Below, piece by piece: positions 27,191-42,187 of a stretch of DNA of 64,000 nucleotides. Where the stretch lies: positions 47,059,727-47,123,726 of the forward strand of contig CM097885.1 of NCBI GenBank assembly GCA_044892525.1, written 5' to 3'. Position 1 is the first letter of the stretch. The number at the start of each line of letters is the position of its first letter. Source of the stretch: Schmidtea polychroa. Lineage: Eukaryota. The notes below the pieces were generated by a model, which made no database searches, was not told where the DNA came from, and saw nothing but the letters and a program-made list of their open reading frames with translations. A program made the translations under genes and the position numbers.

Positions 27191-30100
27191 TAATATTAAT
27201 AATAATATAAATTATTTATAAATATATTTTTTACACTTTAAATATTTATATGTAATACCACATTTTTCATGTAGAATGTCGTTTATTTTCTTTTTTTCGA
27301 CTATATCTCAATGTTTTCAAATTTAATACAAATTGTTCGCAATGTGATTTTGAAGTGGTATTTTATTTCAAATAATTTTTCTTTGAATAATATTTGAAAA
27401 AGGAAATGATAAAATTTGTATTAAATAAAAAGCGTTGTTATATAGTCAAAAACAAAATAAAAAGGAGAGCAGTTTTAAAGAGAAATTAATTCGTTTCTAT
27501 ATTTAAATAATTATCAATGTGGTTAATCTGATTATTTTGTAATATATTAGGGGCACATACGGTAGCAAGATATGAGTGAAAATTATTTATAAATTTAGAA
27601 TTAAATGGCTCTCTTTTCATAAAATCATTTTCCAGAAACTATTTGTTATAACAGAAAACTTAGAAATGATGTTCAATAAAAGTAATTTCTTACAGAAATT
27701 TTGAATAAATAAAAATAAGTAGTGACGCTAATCACAACATTCAAGATATTCAAGGGGTTAGGGAAAGGAAAGCTGAATTGATTAGTGGGGAAATATCTTC
27801 ATTTTTATGATCCTTTCATACCATGTCAAAAAGGAATTCTTTAACAATTTTAGTAATTTTTATTTTACTTTCATCCCTCTGAATTTTCTACATTCTTTTA
27901 ATTGTCATTTTGGTCTATACTAGTCATTATATATGCAGACAATTTTAAAGTTCTTTTCATTTTCAACCATTGAGAGATCTTATAACAAGCTATCAGATCC
28001 TATTCTGCGCCCAACAGAAGATCTTCATCTCTTTAGATTTATTTTCAAAGGTTAATGGAAGAGATTCGAAATGACATTATATGTTGTTATTACAATCACG
28101 TTCTTTCTTTATCTTAACGTTTTCATTGATGTTGACGGTGAAGTTATTATTGCAAATTTAATAATTATTTTAAAATAATTATCGTATCCTGAAATTCAAT
28201 AAAATATCAACCCGAATTCAATGTAAAAGACCCAGATTGAAGGCTATTTCTCAGCGAAACTTTTTTAATATCACAACGTGTGTATAAATGTTTAATTTTA
28301 TGAGATTTACATATTTTGAATATAATTTTTGAATGAAACATTTTATTTGATCTATTTAAATTTTACTGAAATACTACTAATATTATGAAGGATACACCAA
28401 ATTTACCCGCCAAACTTGATAAATTTAAACAAAAGCTTTTAATTCTCTTTTACAGATTTCCTTTACTTATTTTCTTTAAATAAATGTAAACTTTGTTTTA
28501 AATCACAGCTTTATAGTAAATATTATAGAATTATTTTGATTATTCTGATATTGTTTCACTACAACTTTATTCTTTTTAACTTTTAAGTTAATTTTCAAAA
28601 ATAATTTAAAGATTGATAAATGTCTATGAGGAAGTTGAAAGACTCTTAAAGATTAATTAGAAATTTTGTTTTATTTAAAATATATTTTTATTGAAAAATA
28701 TTTTAAAAAGAAAACCGAAATTTATCATTTTTAAAAAAATATTTTTATCAAAGAATATTTTAAAAGAAAAACTGAAATTTGTTTAAATAACAAAAATAAG
28801 AAGAGACAAGTTTTTTGAGTGAATAATTTTTAAAAAAAAATTTATGGATTTATTTAGTGATTTGAAAACGGATATTAACGTTCTAACGTATGAGAATCCT
28901 AATTGTGTCTTTCAAACATTATATATTTTTGTCATTTTGCACGATTTGTTTTAATTGATTGTTCTATTAAAACATTAATTAACCTGATTTAATTACTGTT
29001 AATTATGGCCCTAGCTCTAAAATCATTGTTCAATGACTAATTGAATTTTATTTAATTAATTCCTTTTTAACATGACCCACAATCTTTTACAATATTGTCA
29101 AAGCAAATTCGTCCAGACTGGCTAAAATTAAATTATTAATTTTCATTTATTTTCACTTGAACGACCGAGAAAATTTCTAAATCGCAGTAAAATATTATTT
29201 ACAAGTATTTTTTGATACTTCAGAAGATGAAATTTTTAAAGATGTGGATTGTCAAAAAGATGTAAAGAACGACATATGTGACAATTAGTTCTACTCAAAA
29301 AGATAGCAAAATTATTAAAATTAAAACAATTTAAAATTATATGAATATAAATATAAATAATGTCTATGAATTTTTTGTTCAAATGATAGTAGACGAGAGG
29401 AGGAATTGGGAGATTACATTTTCTATAATGAAAACAAAAACTTATGTTAAGAGGACTTTTAGTTGTGCAAAACTGGCTATATTTTTTGTTGGGGTAATGT
29501 AAAACTAATACAGAAACAAGAAATAATGAGCAAAGCAATTAAAATATAAAATTTAACACAAAAATACAAAGTTATTTAAGAATAATAAAAATATTAAAAG
29601 TGATTATTTAGAGAAGGAAAATTATGAACAGGTGGTAAATAATGAGATGAGTATGAATATAATTTCAAATCGATTTGGGTCCTTTGAAAAGGTTCTTTAT
29701 AAAATACAAATTAATTAATTAATTTAATTAGATGCGAAATTCCCAAGTTTGATTGCGAAATATCAACCAGTCAAGCTTAAATAAAAAGGAATTAATTTGT
29801 AAGATTTTTTTCTAATTCCTTGTGAACAGATAATTGCATTTGGAATTTATTGACGAGGTAAGACAAAGTTAAAGTGTTTTAAAAGGATCAAAAGAAATCT
29901 CTGTTAAAGCTATATCAGTTTCGTTTTATGTTTGAGGCGGTTTCCCCTTAGGTCACTTGTCTCATACTATCAAGCAAATGTAATTATATCTGACACATGG
30001 GATTAGATTTATAAGCTGTATTCCGCATATAATAATTACAAATCAACTGTTTTTATTAATTAAGATAAGAGAAATCAAAACATTTAGATGTCCGTAAAAT

Positions 30101-31748
30101 CGTTGATGAATGAAAATAATTGAAATAAATAAGGACATCAATAGTGCACTGAGGATAATGTTTCAGGAAAATAAAACGAAAGGCAGAGGGTTAGAAAATA
30201 TAATAAAAGATGTGAACAAGTATAATAAAGTGGAAAATGAGAATAAAATTATGAAAATTATAAGTAATAATAAGTAATAATATGTACAGCATTTATGATT
30301 ATCCATGTTTATCCTATGATTATCCATGATAGTAACACAGGATCTGTGAAACCAGTAAAAATTAAACTTAGAAAAGTACAACCTTAAAAAATGAAAGTGT
30401 GAATGATTTTGTAGACAATTTGCTGAATGCAAATATCGTCATACCGAACATCTCACTATGGAATTTTCGGGTAGAAAATACAAAGAAAAGAAAGGTGACG
30501 CAATGATATATCTAAATCTATCTCAAGCGACTATACGGATACTATAGGACAGCAAAGCATTATTTATCAGAAAATGTTGATTAATGTTATAATCAAAAAT
30601 AGTATTTAATACAGACTAGAGTCAGCACGAATATGTAAGAATGACATTCGGATTGTGTGGAGAACCGAAGACGTTTCAAAAACGTATAAAAATTGTATTA
30701 ATGAAGGATCGTTTGATAAATTGTAATTTTTACTTAGATAATATACTTATTATTGAAAATTAAAATAAAGTACGTTTTAATAAGTTGAAATAATATTCTC
30801 AAATTTATCAAAGATTCCTTTTTAAAATTATTAACAAACAAATGTAAGTCTTTAAAAAGAGAAGAAAATTATTTAGGTCACATAATAAATTAAGATTGGA
30901 TACCAATGAATTGGGAAAAGGCTTTCAGTATAGAAAGAAAATATATAATAGAAATAGGGCTCTTACCTCGTCACTTAATTTCAATTATTTATTATTTTAT
31001 AGAAACATCATATTAAAACAAATGTACTCATTTGTTTAAAAGCAAGCAGTTGAAAAAGACAATTTAAAGAAAATTTAATCATTAAAAAATAATAAATTGT
31101 TGCGATATTGTTGGAAAAATAATTAATTAAAAGTTTCTCAAATAAAAATAGAATCGAGAAAAAGCATAAGATAATACGTTGATACCATGTCAAAGAATCA
31201 AAATGATACATGAAAAATTCAAAATTTATAATTTCAATTTAATATCGAAATTAATCACTTAACATGCGATTTTTGTTTTGAAAAATGTTCCAAAAAATTA
31301 TATTTTATCATTATATAATATCAAATAATTACTTATTAATGGGGAAAATAATAAAAAATTCAAAATTTTATATTTTAATACTTCATTGGTGGGGATAATG
31401 TCTTGTTATTTTATAGTTTATAACTTTCAAAGCTAATAGAAAATATCATTTATTTTACTTGAAACGAAATGCGAAACGAGATCCACATATAATCGGGACA
31501 AATACAATGGCAAATACAATCACGTTTATACGTGGGAAAACTTTCAAATCAGATTTCCATATTTTTGCATGTATTCGACACCCAATATAATGAATATATT
31601 TGAGTTCCCTCACTCGCGCGCGCGGGAGCACGTATAAAGTGGTTAATAAATTTAATATTTCTTATACTAACCAAGTTGTTTAAATATTGATTGAGCAGAT
31701 TTTAATTTAATTATAATTTGGTAAATAACTAAGTTTGCCTTGATCAAA

Positions 31749-31890
31749 TTCACTTGAAAAGGCAATGCCGAAAATTCGTCAATATCAACAACATCGATAT
31801 ATATTACTGATTCATAGTCAAGCTTTTTAATAGATACAATGTCAATTGAAAAGAAATCAGTGGTGAAATTTGAAAATGTAAGTTCTTTTA
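31749..31890 (+). repeat. Dispersed hammerhead-like repeat, copy 3
   Basis: TTCAC-TTGAAAA-GGCAATGCC-GAAA-ATTC-GTCAA plus shared tail. Confidence 0.7.
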
Positions 31891-33329
31891 ATTTTATAAT
31901 CAGAGTAAATATCTAAATGCTATTGAAAATCTAACTTTAGCCTACCCCACTGTGATGATTTTCCATAGGTGGTTTTTTTATAAAATCAAAAAAGAAATTA
32001 ATTTAAAAAAACTAAATAAACTTTGTTAAAAGTTTGTAAAAAAATGTTTAGTTATTATTTATGTTGTATTATGAAACATTTATTTTTTGTTAATTTGTTT
32101 TAAACGTCTATCTATTAAATATAATTAATGATTTTTAATTGTACCAATCTATTGTAAACAATATTTGAAAATAAAGTTTTCTATGTCTCTATTCGGATTT
32201 TGGATTTTTTTTTATTTTTCATCGTTATTTACAATTGTCTTTCTTCCGAATGTGTATTTTTGATTTTAAAATTATAAGGAAAGCTACTGAAAAATTCATT
32301 GCAGGACAAAGAGATTTTAATCGGTTTTCTTTAGCAGTTTCATTTCCAAAATTGCTAGTTTCGATCAAGAACATTTTGTATTGTTATTTTATCTATTGAT
32401 CCATCAAAACTTGAAGTTTCGAGCTAATGTGATATCGCTGGAGCAATTTCAAGATATAATTCTGCCTCTATGAACCGAGGAGCTAAAATAACTAGTTTCT
32501 GTCATGATTAATGACATATAATCGGAATTCGAATTGTCAGATGAATAATCATAAATAGTTATCTGCCTTGGTTCAAAGAAAAATCCACGACTGACATAAG
32601 CATTTGCAGCCTAATTGTTTGGATTCTCTGTAGAATAATTTAATATAAATTTGGTTTTATTGGGGATCGTTATATTCATATAAATTGTTTGGCGGCTTTA
32701 GCAAACATGCGTTCAAAATTTATTAATCTGGATCCTCAAGCAAATGAACCTATGCCGTTAACTTAACGGCACCCATCAATTCTATTTTTCTTTTTCCAGA
32801 ATTTCTGATTAGTAATAAACTGATATCTATTTGATTTCCCAAATTACCTCCATTTCGTATCATGTGAAGACAATAAAAAGATTTTAAAGTGATTTATTTA
32901 TTAAAGATTTCCCAAAACCAATAAGAAAATAATCATGAAAATATTTATTAAAAAAAAAACAAATAAAGTATAATGCAATTAAAATTGTGAGAAATCGGTT
33001 TATTCAAACAATGACAAACCAACGAAATTGTTAACAATTTATCTAGAAAGTAAATTCATTGAAAATTGACCAAGTTTCAAAGAAAATAAATTATATAGAG
33101 ACATTTTCCGTTACTCCCACGACAATGTTCCACGCTTTTCACCAGCATTAAGTTGCTGGAATTATTAATTTCGAATAAATAAAATGTAATTAGTTTAATT
33201 AATTCCAAAAAATAATTAATAAAATATATAATAGATTTTGTCACTACTGTTTCCAACTTTAATCATTTTCTTTTTCCAAATAAATACATGATATATTTTA
33301 AAATTTTATAAATTTTACATTTAACACAA

Positions 33330-33826
33330 TCTAATATATAAAGATGAAAGTTTGTTTGTTTGTTTGTTTGTTTGTTACTCATAGAATTCTCCACCGTTGG
33401 ACCTAGGGTGCTGAAATTTCGCATGTGACCCTCATTTGACTCGGGACAAATCATAAGCTATGTTCAGCCCCAGGTGACCACCAAAAGGGCACCCTAACCC
33501 TACTCAGGGTCACCTTGATTTACTACAGTAGATAACCCAAGGAGGTGAAATTGGCAACAATGTTACAAATAAAGGTTGTAGATCATGTTAGGTTTATAAA
33601 ATATTATTACTTCAATTTTTCATTTGAGCCATTTTTACCGGCTGGGTGCCGTTTTAAGTTTTACATTTGAATAGATATAAGTGATATGAAAATTACATAT
33701 ACTTTTTTTGATTAAATTTTTATTTATTTTTAAATTTTTTTTTAAATGAATGAATTGAAATAAATTTCTTTATTTTGAATCTGTTTACTATTCTTTAAAT
33801 CGTGCAACGCCGGGTACCCCATCTAG
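33330..33826 (+). mobile_element. Non-autonomous Helitron (~500 bp)
   Basis: Starts A|TC (TCTAATATATAAAG followed by (GTTT)n), ends with a GC-rich subterminal segment then CTAG|T; no TSD. Confidence 0.8.
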
Positions 33827-34665
33827 TACTTTATAATATTTAATTATTTTGAAAGAAAAACATTGTTTTAATGCACAAAATTAGAAATTTAAATTAAATA
33901 TATTTCAAAAGTGTAAAATAAGGTGTTCATTATTATTGCCGGTTCACTAGCTACTTTTCATTGATAGCAGAAAATAAAAAAGTATAATAAAGTAGTATAT
34001 TTGATTTTTCGCTCACGGGCTCATCTTCGCCCAACCGTTCGCTCAAAATAAAATTTTTAATTTTCACGTTAAAGAAATCGTATATACTACTAGGATAAAT
34101 AAATAAAAATAAAAATTTGTAAAATTACCCACCCGGAAGAACCAAGCGTTTAAATTTTACGAAATAAGCTGTTAAAAATATCATACTTTTATTAAATGAG
34201 AAATTAAGTTACGAATACGAATATGATATATTCTTAAAATAATAATTACGATTTATAAACCACTGACTGTTTGAACACTTTCATAAAATTGAAAGACCAC
34301 TAGTAACTGATTAAAGTGGTACTTTTCGTCTAAATCACTATGATCTCATATCTATACATTTATACATCTATGTACAAAAAAAACCAATTCAAATCTTTCC
34401 ATTTAATAATTTAACAAAAATGTATGTATTTTTAAAATAAATATTCCCAAAGTTTATAATTTACAATTACAAATTTTTTTAATATGATACTTGTTTAAAT
34501 ACATTTTTAAAATTAAAAATCAAAATTATGTTAAATTTTTAAAGAACAATTTGATTTCTAAAATTCCAATCATATAAAAAATAATTAATAATGTAATAAC
34601 TACATTATAATGATTTACTCTTTACAATAAAAAGTAATGAATAAAGATGTTACGTACGTATATAC

Positions 34666-36090
34666 CAGGGGTGGCCAACCTTTTCTTCCATAAGAGCCAA
34701 AAAACATAAACTTAAATTATGGAGAGCCTCAACTTGGCAAAAATAAAAGGACAACAAAATTTATTTTTACATAAATGTTTTTTAACCAATCATTCATTTT
34801 AAAATTTTTTTTATTATTCACTATCAAATGTTTCTTTTTGGGATTGCATTTTGGCTGCAAATTTCTTAAAATCTGGCTTATAAATTGTTAATTCAATGCA
34901 AAGAAGTTCGGATAAATGTTCATTTGTTAGTTGCGAGCGATGTTTTGACTTAATATACGTTATTGCAGAATACAATGATTCACAACAGTAGGCCGTGTCA
35001 AACATTGAGATTAACTTTAAGGCGGCCTTTTAGAAATGTGGAGAAACTATCGATTTATGATGCATTTTTAATCCAAGGTCTTCCTGCATGTCAATTCTAA
35101 GTTTGCAGTAATTTTTATAAGTAAAATACTCTGTATAATTGAAAATCCTTCGTTGATTACATTAATTTCAAGTGGATTCACCAAAAAATCGATGCATAAT
35201 TTGAATTTTCTTAAATCTTCAAATCTCAATGCAAAATCATCTATTAATTCCTGTTATTTATCTATAATATAGACCAAAAATCCTTAAGAACCGCTGATCT
35301 ATATACTCTTCAAGTTTTGTATCTTCGATTTGTGAAGAAATATTTTTCAATCTGGGAAAATGACTGAAATTTTTCGAAATCAAATCATTTTTGAAGAGTT
35401 TTGATTTTCTTACAAGGCTAAAAATCGCCTAGGAGAAATCAACGATAGTTTTTCCTTTCCTTGTAATTTTAAATTGACTGATTGTAGATGTTCCATAGGA
35501 TCAGTTAAGAACATTAAATCTTGTAGCCAGTAAATTTTTTCTAACTGGGGATAATGTTTTGCTTTTTTAAAGAAAAACCTTGATTGGGCCAATTAAATCA
35601 CAGAAACGACTTAATACATTATATATAAATAACCATCTCACAATAGAATAGAACGGCAACTCATTAGGACGGTTATCAAATTCTAATTCTTCAAGAAAAT
35701 CTTTAAATTGTCTATGACTTTTTGAGTTTGTTCAAATATAATTAACAATCTTAAGAACTGTTTACATACTTAAAATACAATGAACAGATATAAAATTAGA
35801 TATTCTCGGATCACTTTTTAAATGACCAACAAGACCTATATTTTTACCTAACATCGCAGGTGCACCATCGGTTGGAACGAGTTCGTTCAAACGTATATTA
35901 TAAGATGACAATATTGTGTCCAGTGCATTCTTAATATCAATCCCACGGATTGCATCATTTAGTGCTACTAAATCCAGCAATTCTTCTTTCACGATTACAT
36001 CAGTAGATACATATCGGATAAAAACAGCTATTTGTTGATTATCTTGAATGGCTGTAGATTCATCGAGAGCTAAACTAAACGTTACACTAT
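34666..36090 (-). pseudogene. Decayed hAT (Buster/Charlie/SPIN-like) transposon with one terminus
   Basis: Terminus CAGGGGTGGCCAACC at 34666. Transposase pieces FSLALDEST..QIAVFIRY, TDGAPAMLG, VHCI, WLQDLMFLTD and YCCESLYS..IKSKHRSQLT, with multiple frameshifts. Confidence 0.88.
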
Positions 36091-36577
36091 CTTTTTATAT
36101 CAACTATTAGCTAGTATATACAACAGAAATTTTATATGAGATTGTTTAAAAACTATCATTCCCTTTATAATACATAGATATCATACTACTAGCAGTAGTA
36201 GTAGTAGCTGTCGTTGTCGTTGTCGTGGTCGTGGAAGTGGAAGTGGTGATCGTGGTCGTGGTTGTTGTCGTAGTCTTGGTGGTCGTGGTATTGTATTTTA
36301 GCATTGGTCGTACTGGATCCTCACATCGAGTTGTAATAATAGTTGATGGGTTGAAATATATGTGTGTGTGTATATCTAAACTGCTTTGTGTATGGCGTAA
36401 TGAGCACGCGTATGGTCAGTTAGCAACAGTGTGTCTATTACATATCAGTCATTTTTTTACGTAACCATAATACCCCCTTGTATCTGACGTGCTCACATCC
36501 TACTACATTTTATACGTTTAATTGACAGACAAACTAACTATTCAAAAATGAAATTATTTATTATTACTAAACATGTA

Positions 36578-36668
<91 letters not shown>
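36578..36668. repeat. (AAT)n microsatellite
   Basis: Pure run. Confidence 0.95.
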
Positions 36669-36670
<2 letters not shown>

Positions 36671-36871
36671 CAATAAAATGATAATTTAAGCCTTTTGCTG
36701 CAAGTAATGTATTTAACAAAAAATATTTTCGTCTATAAGATAGTCCTTGTAAATCTATCTTATAGTCGAAAATTTTTTTCTTTAAATACATTAATTGCAG
36801 CAAAAGGCTTAAATTTTCATTTTATTGTTTTAAATAATAAATGCTGCTACCAAGAAATCATCATTTTATAC

Positions 36872-36923
<52 letters not shown>

Positions 36924-38589
36924 TTAAATCCATAGTAATTTAAATTATTTAAATTCATGGTAAATTAAATAATTTAAAATCAAAAAAATACTTTTTAAAT
37001 TGGTTTTTAAAAGAATATCTATACTTTTATAATCTATATATAAAATTATTCACATATTATTTATGTAACGTTTATTTCAATAGAAGTTGTTATAAGGTTA
37101 ATGTATTTTAAAATCAAATCAAATTAATTTAAATAAGTTTTTTTAAAAATAATTCATGCATAAACATTCCATACACAAAAAGTATTATAAAATAAACAGT
37201 CTACAGTCTCTATTCATTCATGTCAAACGAATTGATAAAACTGTTTGTGATGGTATTGTAGAGAAAATTCATCAATAAAATCAAAAGATTTATTTAGCAA
37301 TTTTATAATTTATGAAAATGCAGTAAATGGGTTTATTCTAATTTTAAAAAATCTTAAATGAACAATTAAACAATTTATTCCAATTCCCTAAACGATTTAT
37401 TCAAACAAACAATAAATCTCTTTTTGCAGAAATCAACTAATCGAGACAATAAATTATTCAATTCACCACTAATTTTCAATATATTTTATTTTATATATCA
37501 AAGGAAAGATTGTCTCGCTGGTAGACTAACATGCAAAGTTAAAATGTCAAAATATAAATAAATAATAAATTCAAACATTTTTATAGGTTTCAATGATAAT
37601 ATATATTTTCACTTTGTTTTAACGAGTTTGAAAATTTTAAATATTTTTGACAGATTAATTATAAAATATGAATTGAATAAATTAAATCGGTAAATATATG
37701 TTGAAATATTCTTGATGTTTAACTCAATTTAATTATTTTACAAGTTCTATTAAAATATATTATGAAAGGGAGGAATATTATTTTGAAATTAATAATAAAT
37801 GCATTGAATTTTTTTTAAGAAATATGAAAAGTGAATTTCTGACAACATCATTTCTTACGATACACCAAGTAATGTTTATCTACTATCCCCCTTCAATTCT
37901 TTTCGTGGAATTGGATTGGAATTTAATAGCTTCTCTGTTTTTATACCACTATTGAAAAATTGATGGACAATAAAAAAAATTCGTCCAAAGAGGCTGAAAG
38001 GTTTTTCAATATTAATTTCATAAAGTGATATTTATTTTTATTTATTAGTTCTTTTGAAGTAAATTTTCTTTTATCGCATTACTTATTATTGAGATGGAAT
38101 CATAAATCAAATATTATTTGACAGCAATCATTCGTTTGTATTCCAGACTCCATTCAGTTATTATTAAACGAGAAATTAGATTTTATTAATGAGTTTTATT
38201 CGAAAAATTATGAAATATAAAACAATTAAAAAATTAAAAATTATTTAGATATTAAGGAAGACTTCTAGGTGAATTTATAATTAATTTTTTTAAACCTTTA
38301 AATGATGAATTTATTTTTTCCTTATTCTTCCTTTCAATAATGTCATACAATTAAAACAAAATAGGTATTTGAATATCTTTTCTCTTGAGGAGAAATTGTG
38401 ATTAAAATTGGATAAATTTTAAAATATTTTGTGTTGCTAAAAAACCGAACACAATTGTTAGAACATGACGTTAGAATCTGACGTTATATGATGCCTACTT
38501 TCATAAAGTTGATATACTTACTTCCAAGAAGAGATTTTTTCTCCATCTGTTATAATGTACTCATTGATTTTGCCATTTAATGATCCACA

Positions 38590-38849
38590 CAGAGCAGCCG
38601 AGAGCCAGGCCGGGCCCCGATGCAATTCGTCAGTACGGGCCATCTTTGCAATTACAAACTGATATATTTTTTTAAAAATATTTGTTTTAGTTATCCTATT
38701 TATTACTTATGAAATTCCATAATACATATAAACTTAAATTATCACAAACTTAGATTTTTAAAATTATTTAATTATATAAAAAAGTCAAATATGATTATTT
38801 CACGGGTCCCGATGATTTGCATAGCTTGCATCGCCCTCTTATCAGTGAT
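38590..38849. mobile_element. Degenerate hAT-like MITE
   Basis: CAG start and GC-rich subterminal GGGCCCCGATG motif echoed near the other end (CGGGTCCCGATG). TIR and TSD are eroded. Confidence 0.4.
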
Positions 38850-39661
38850 GGGTCAACAAATACGAAGTTTAAAATATTTCAAATCCTATGAATGTCCATG
38901 AATGTTCATGTAAAGCAAGGACATAAATTCTGAATTTGAATTGTTCTTAAATTATAAAACGAGATAGAATTCAATCGTTCCAATAATTGAAAGAGCCTTA
39001 CTCTTAGAAAATAGCATTTCTGATAGTTTGAAAGATTTATTTGCATCAAATTTATTTATAGTCCTGGATCTTGATGCTTTAGAAAAGATTTACTGTATAA
39101 ACATTTGAGGAATGACGCAAATATTATTTAAGCTGAAGGGGTTTCTTCATACTAAATTGGGAGAATTGAATACCGAAACCCGCTGTAAATTATTACTATC
39201 AATCCTGAATCAAATTAAAGACCGATGAAATAAAAATTTAATTAATTTGGTGAAATTTATCCTCACTCCTACTGAAATGCTGAAAAGATAATATTCATGG
39301 AACAGCGAAAATATGGATATGTCAACTGATATCAAAGATTGAGAGAAAGATGATTGTGTTCAAAAATTAGGTTGACTGACATCAAACGATGAGTTAAATT
39401 TAGCAGTTGAGAAAAATTTAATAGAACAAGAGACAAGAACTGATTTTGATGTATTTAAACAAAAATTCGAAAAGATAACAACTTAAATAATAAAACAAAA
39501 AATATAACTTTGTTGTACAAAATAATCAAAAATATTAAGCCAATTTTTACAAGAAATACTGCGTTTCTCACATAAAAAACTGTTATCAAATGTTATCAAA
39601 TAAAAAAACAATGTTATCGAATAGAGATTTTATGATGTGAAAAATAATACTATCGCTTTTA

Positions 39662-39875
39662 CCATATTAGCCCGAATATAACGCGACAATTTTTAACATT
39701 TTATTTTTATTAAATTTTGGTTTAAATTAATTAAATTTATTGTCATGAATATAACCTATGTATTACTTTTAATTACCTAACCAAACTCTTATGTGATTGA
39801 ATTTCCCTTAATTTTAATTTTTTTATGATTATTTTTTTCTAAATTCAAGGTCGCGTTATATTCCGCCTAATACGG
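39662..39875. mobile_element. Tc1/mariner (pogo-like) MITE
   Basis: 26-bp TIRs CC(A/G)TATTAG..GAATATAACGCGAC with 3 mismatches, flanked by TA on both sides. Confidence 0.8.
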
Positions 39876-40219
39876 TATATGAAAATATGTTATAAAATGT
39901 CAAATTACAGATATATTAAGTTATAATAAGAAATAGATAACAAGAAGTTTTCAGATTTATACTGTAAGTCACGAGATGGATTTGTCAAAATTATATTTAT
40001 GTTTAACAATATACGTATATTACATTTACAACAAATAAAAATTACAAAAACACATAAATACTTAGAGCAATAATTATTATTTAAAAATTCTCTCTTAGCG
40101 CCATCACAGCCCATCTTTCGAACCCGGAACAATCAGCTGAAGTAATATAATCGCACCCCGCCAATATCGCAGCTTCCAATTCGACAGGAGTATTAGAATT
40201 ATTTCCCTACAATAATTCC

Positions 40220-40908
40220 CTATAGGATTGAAAGGATTAATTGAATTAAATATAAAGTTGCAAGGAAAAAATCAGCGCTTAAAACTAAATTAACATTACT
40301 GAAATGATATTTAATAAAAATGTCGTTAATACATTTTCCAAATGTGAAACGTATTTTTGCAAGTTTAGGCAACAAAACATTTAATGTTACATAATATATA
40401 AAAATCCTTTTTTCTGATTCTCTTGTGTTTTGAAGATTTTCGTTATCATTATCCTCTAGAAAGTCCTCGAATAGCGTCTTTAAAAACTCTCTTCTTGACA
40501 GTCTTTTGTGTTTTTTTTGAAAATCAAGGTTTTTTTTCATATACAACAGGAAATCTCAGGTTTACAGGTCACATTATTTATTTCAGATCTTCTATGTAAA
40601 ATATTAAGTAGAATAACAGATTTTTTCTTGATTGGGTTGAATTTCACAAGAAATTTACTGTTTTTCTCTTTTATTCTTTCAGTTATAAATTATGAAACTA
40701 AAAGTTTTTGTTTCTTCTCATAGTTCCAACAATTTTTTAATTAGTGGCCACTGTGGCCACTAGTTTTAAAAAATTATTATTATTTAAGTTTTAATTAATT
40801 AGACAAGTATAGAGTAAATTACAGAAATAAACATTTAAAGTTTTTTATTAAAGGATAAGTTTAAATCTTTTATGGCCATTGGGTTATTTCCAGGTATCCG
40901 ATGGTTAA
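40220..40908 (-). mobile_element. piggyBac-like relic
   Basis: TTAA|CCAT terminus at 40901-40908, subterminal palindrome TAGTGGCCACTGTGGCCACTA (~40742), and peptide LSRREFLKTLFEDFL resembling a piggyBac transposase C-terminal region. Confidence 0.4.
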
Positions 40909-40940
40909 CACATTTTGGAATTTTATTTATAAAGATCAAG

Positions 40941-41032
40941 ACATTGTATTTATTAAAAAATTTGACTATGAATCAGTAAAGATATCGCCTTTTTTATATT
41001 CACGAATTTTCGGTACTTCCTTTTTCAAGTGA
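40941..41032 (-). repeat. Dispersed hammerhead-like repeat, copy 4
   Basis: Reverse complement reads TCAC-TTGAAAAA-GGAAGTACC-GAAA-ATTC-GTGAA. Confidence 0.65.
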
Positions 41033-42187
41033 TTTTAGAAGTTATTCTAATAGTTTTGATTGTATGATACAGCAAGCTGATATCTTTTGTTTTATTTTTT
41101 TTTCGTTTATATAATGCAAACTCTTGTTTTAATACATCAAAATCGGTTAGTTAGTGGAAATTAATATATTATTTAAACAGCTAATATTATTTAAATTGAA
41201 TTTATTATTAAGAAATTATAAGAACAATTATATGGAATACAAATTTTTTAAGAAATTTTAAAAAAATGAAATAAGTAATAAAGAAATTGTTAATTGAAAT
41301 GGTATTAAATGGGGTGAAACCATTTATTCACAAATAGTTCTAGCTAATTATATGTTTTCAAATAATCATGATTTTTAAAATTTATTTGAAATATTGTAAT
41401 CCAATTGTTGGAGCTATCGATGAAATATAACATTTACAATTATTGATCTAACTCTAAGTGTTTTATCTGGTAACAACAACGAATTCCAGACAATATAAAA
41501 CTATATTGCTTAGTACAAATTATAATACAATATCAAATATTTAGCACAAAATCAATTGCAATCCAGTGATTATTACACCTCGTTGCATTTGATAAAAGTT
41601 TTATGGTTTGTGTTGGTAGGATTTGCATACAAGTAAAAATGAATTATTGTCAAAACAAATTATTGTCAAGATTTTATAAGAAATTATGAAATATCACATT
41701 TTAAATAGAAAATTTATTTCAAAAAAATTTCAGTTATTTTTAATTTTTAAATTTACTAAATAATTAAATAAATATCAAAATTTAAAAATTTATAAGCTCA
41801 ATCACACCATAATTTACTATTTTGTCAAAGGTTTGGTAAACTATTTTTTTAACATGGTCAAATTATTATTTAATAATAATTTTAACAAATAATTTCTAAA
41901 AAATGGGTATCTTTTTAGGAAGTGTATTTTATCACTTGTTTATGTGTTTGATTGATTATAAAAATTACTCCATTATAGTATGCTTCATTATTTGTTCTAC
42001 TCTTTCTAGAATTCTATTATAAATAAGCAGATTAGCATACATGTGAGTTTGTATGTATCTTATAATATACACCAAACACCACTGAGAACCATTTCCTATA
42101 ATATAACAAAAAAATCAATAATCTTACATTATAGAAACATACATACTTACTTTGATTTCACGTTGATGTTCTCATTTATAGCTCAGT

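Noticed and set aside
38950..39490. Coding-like decayed sequence (also ~21900-22480, ~24400-24900, ~32300-32800)
   Set aside because: Multiple stops and no identifiable motif; needs tBLASTx.
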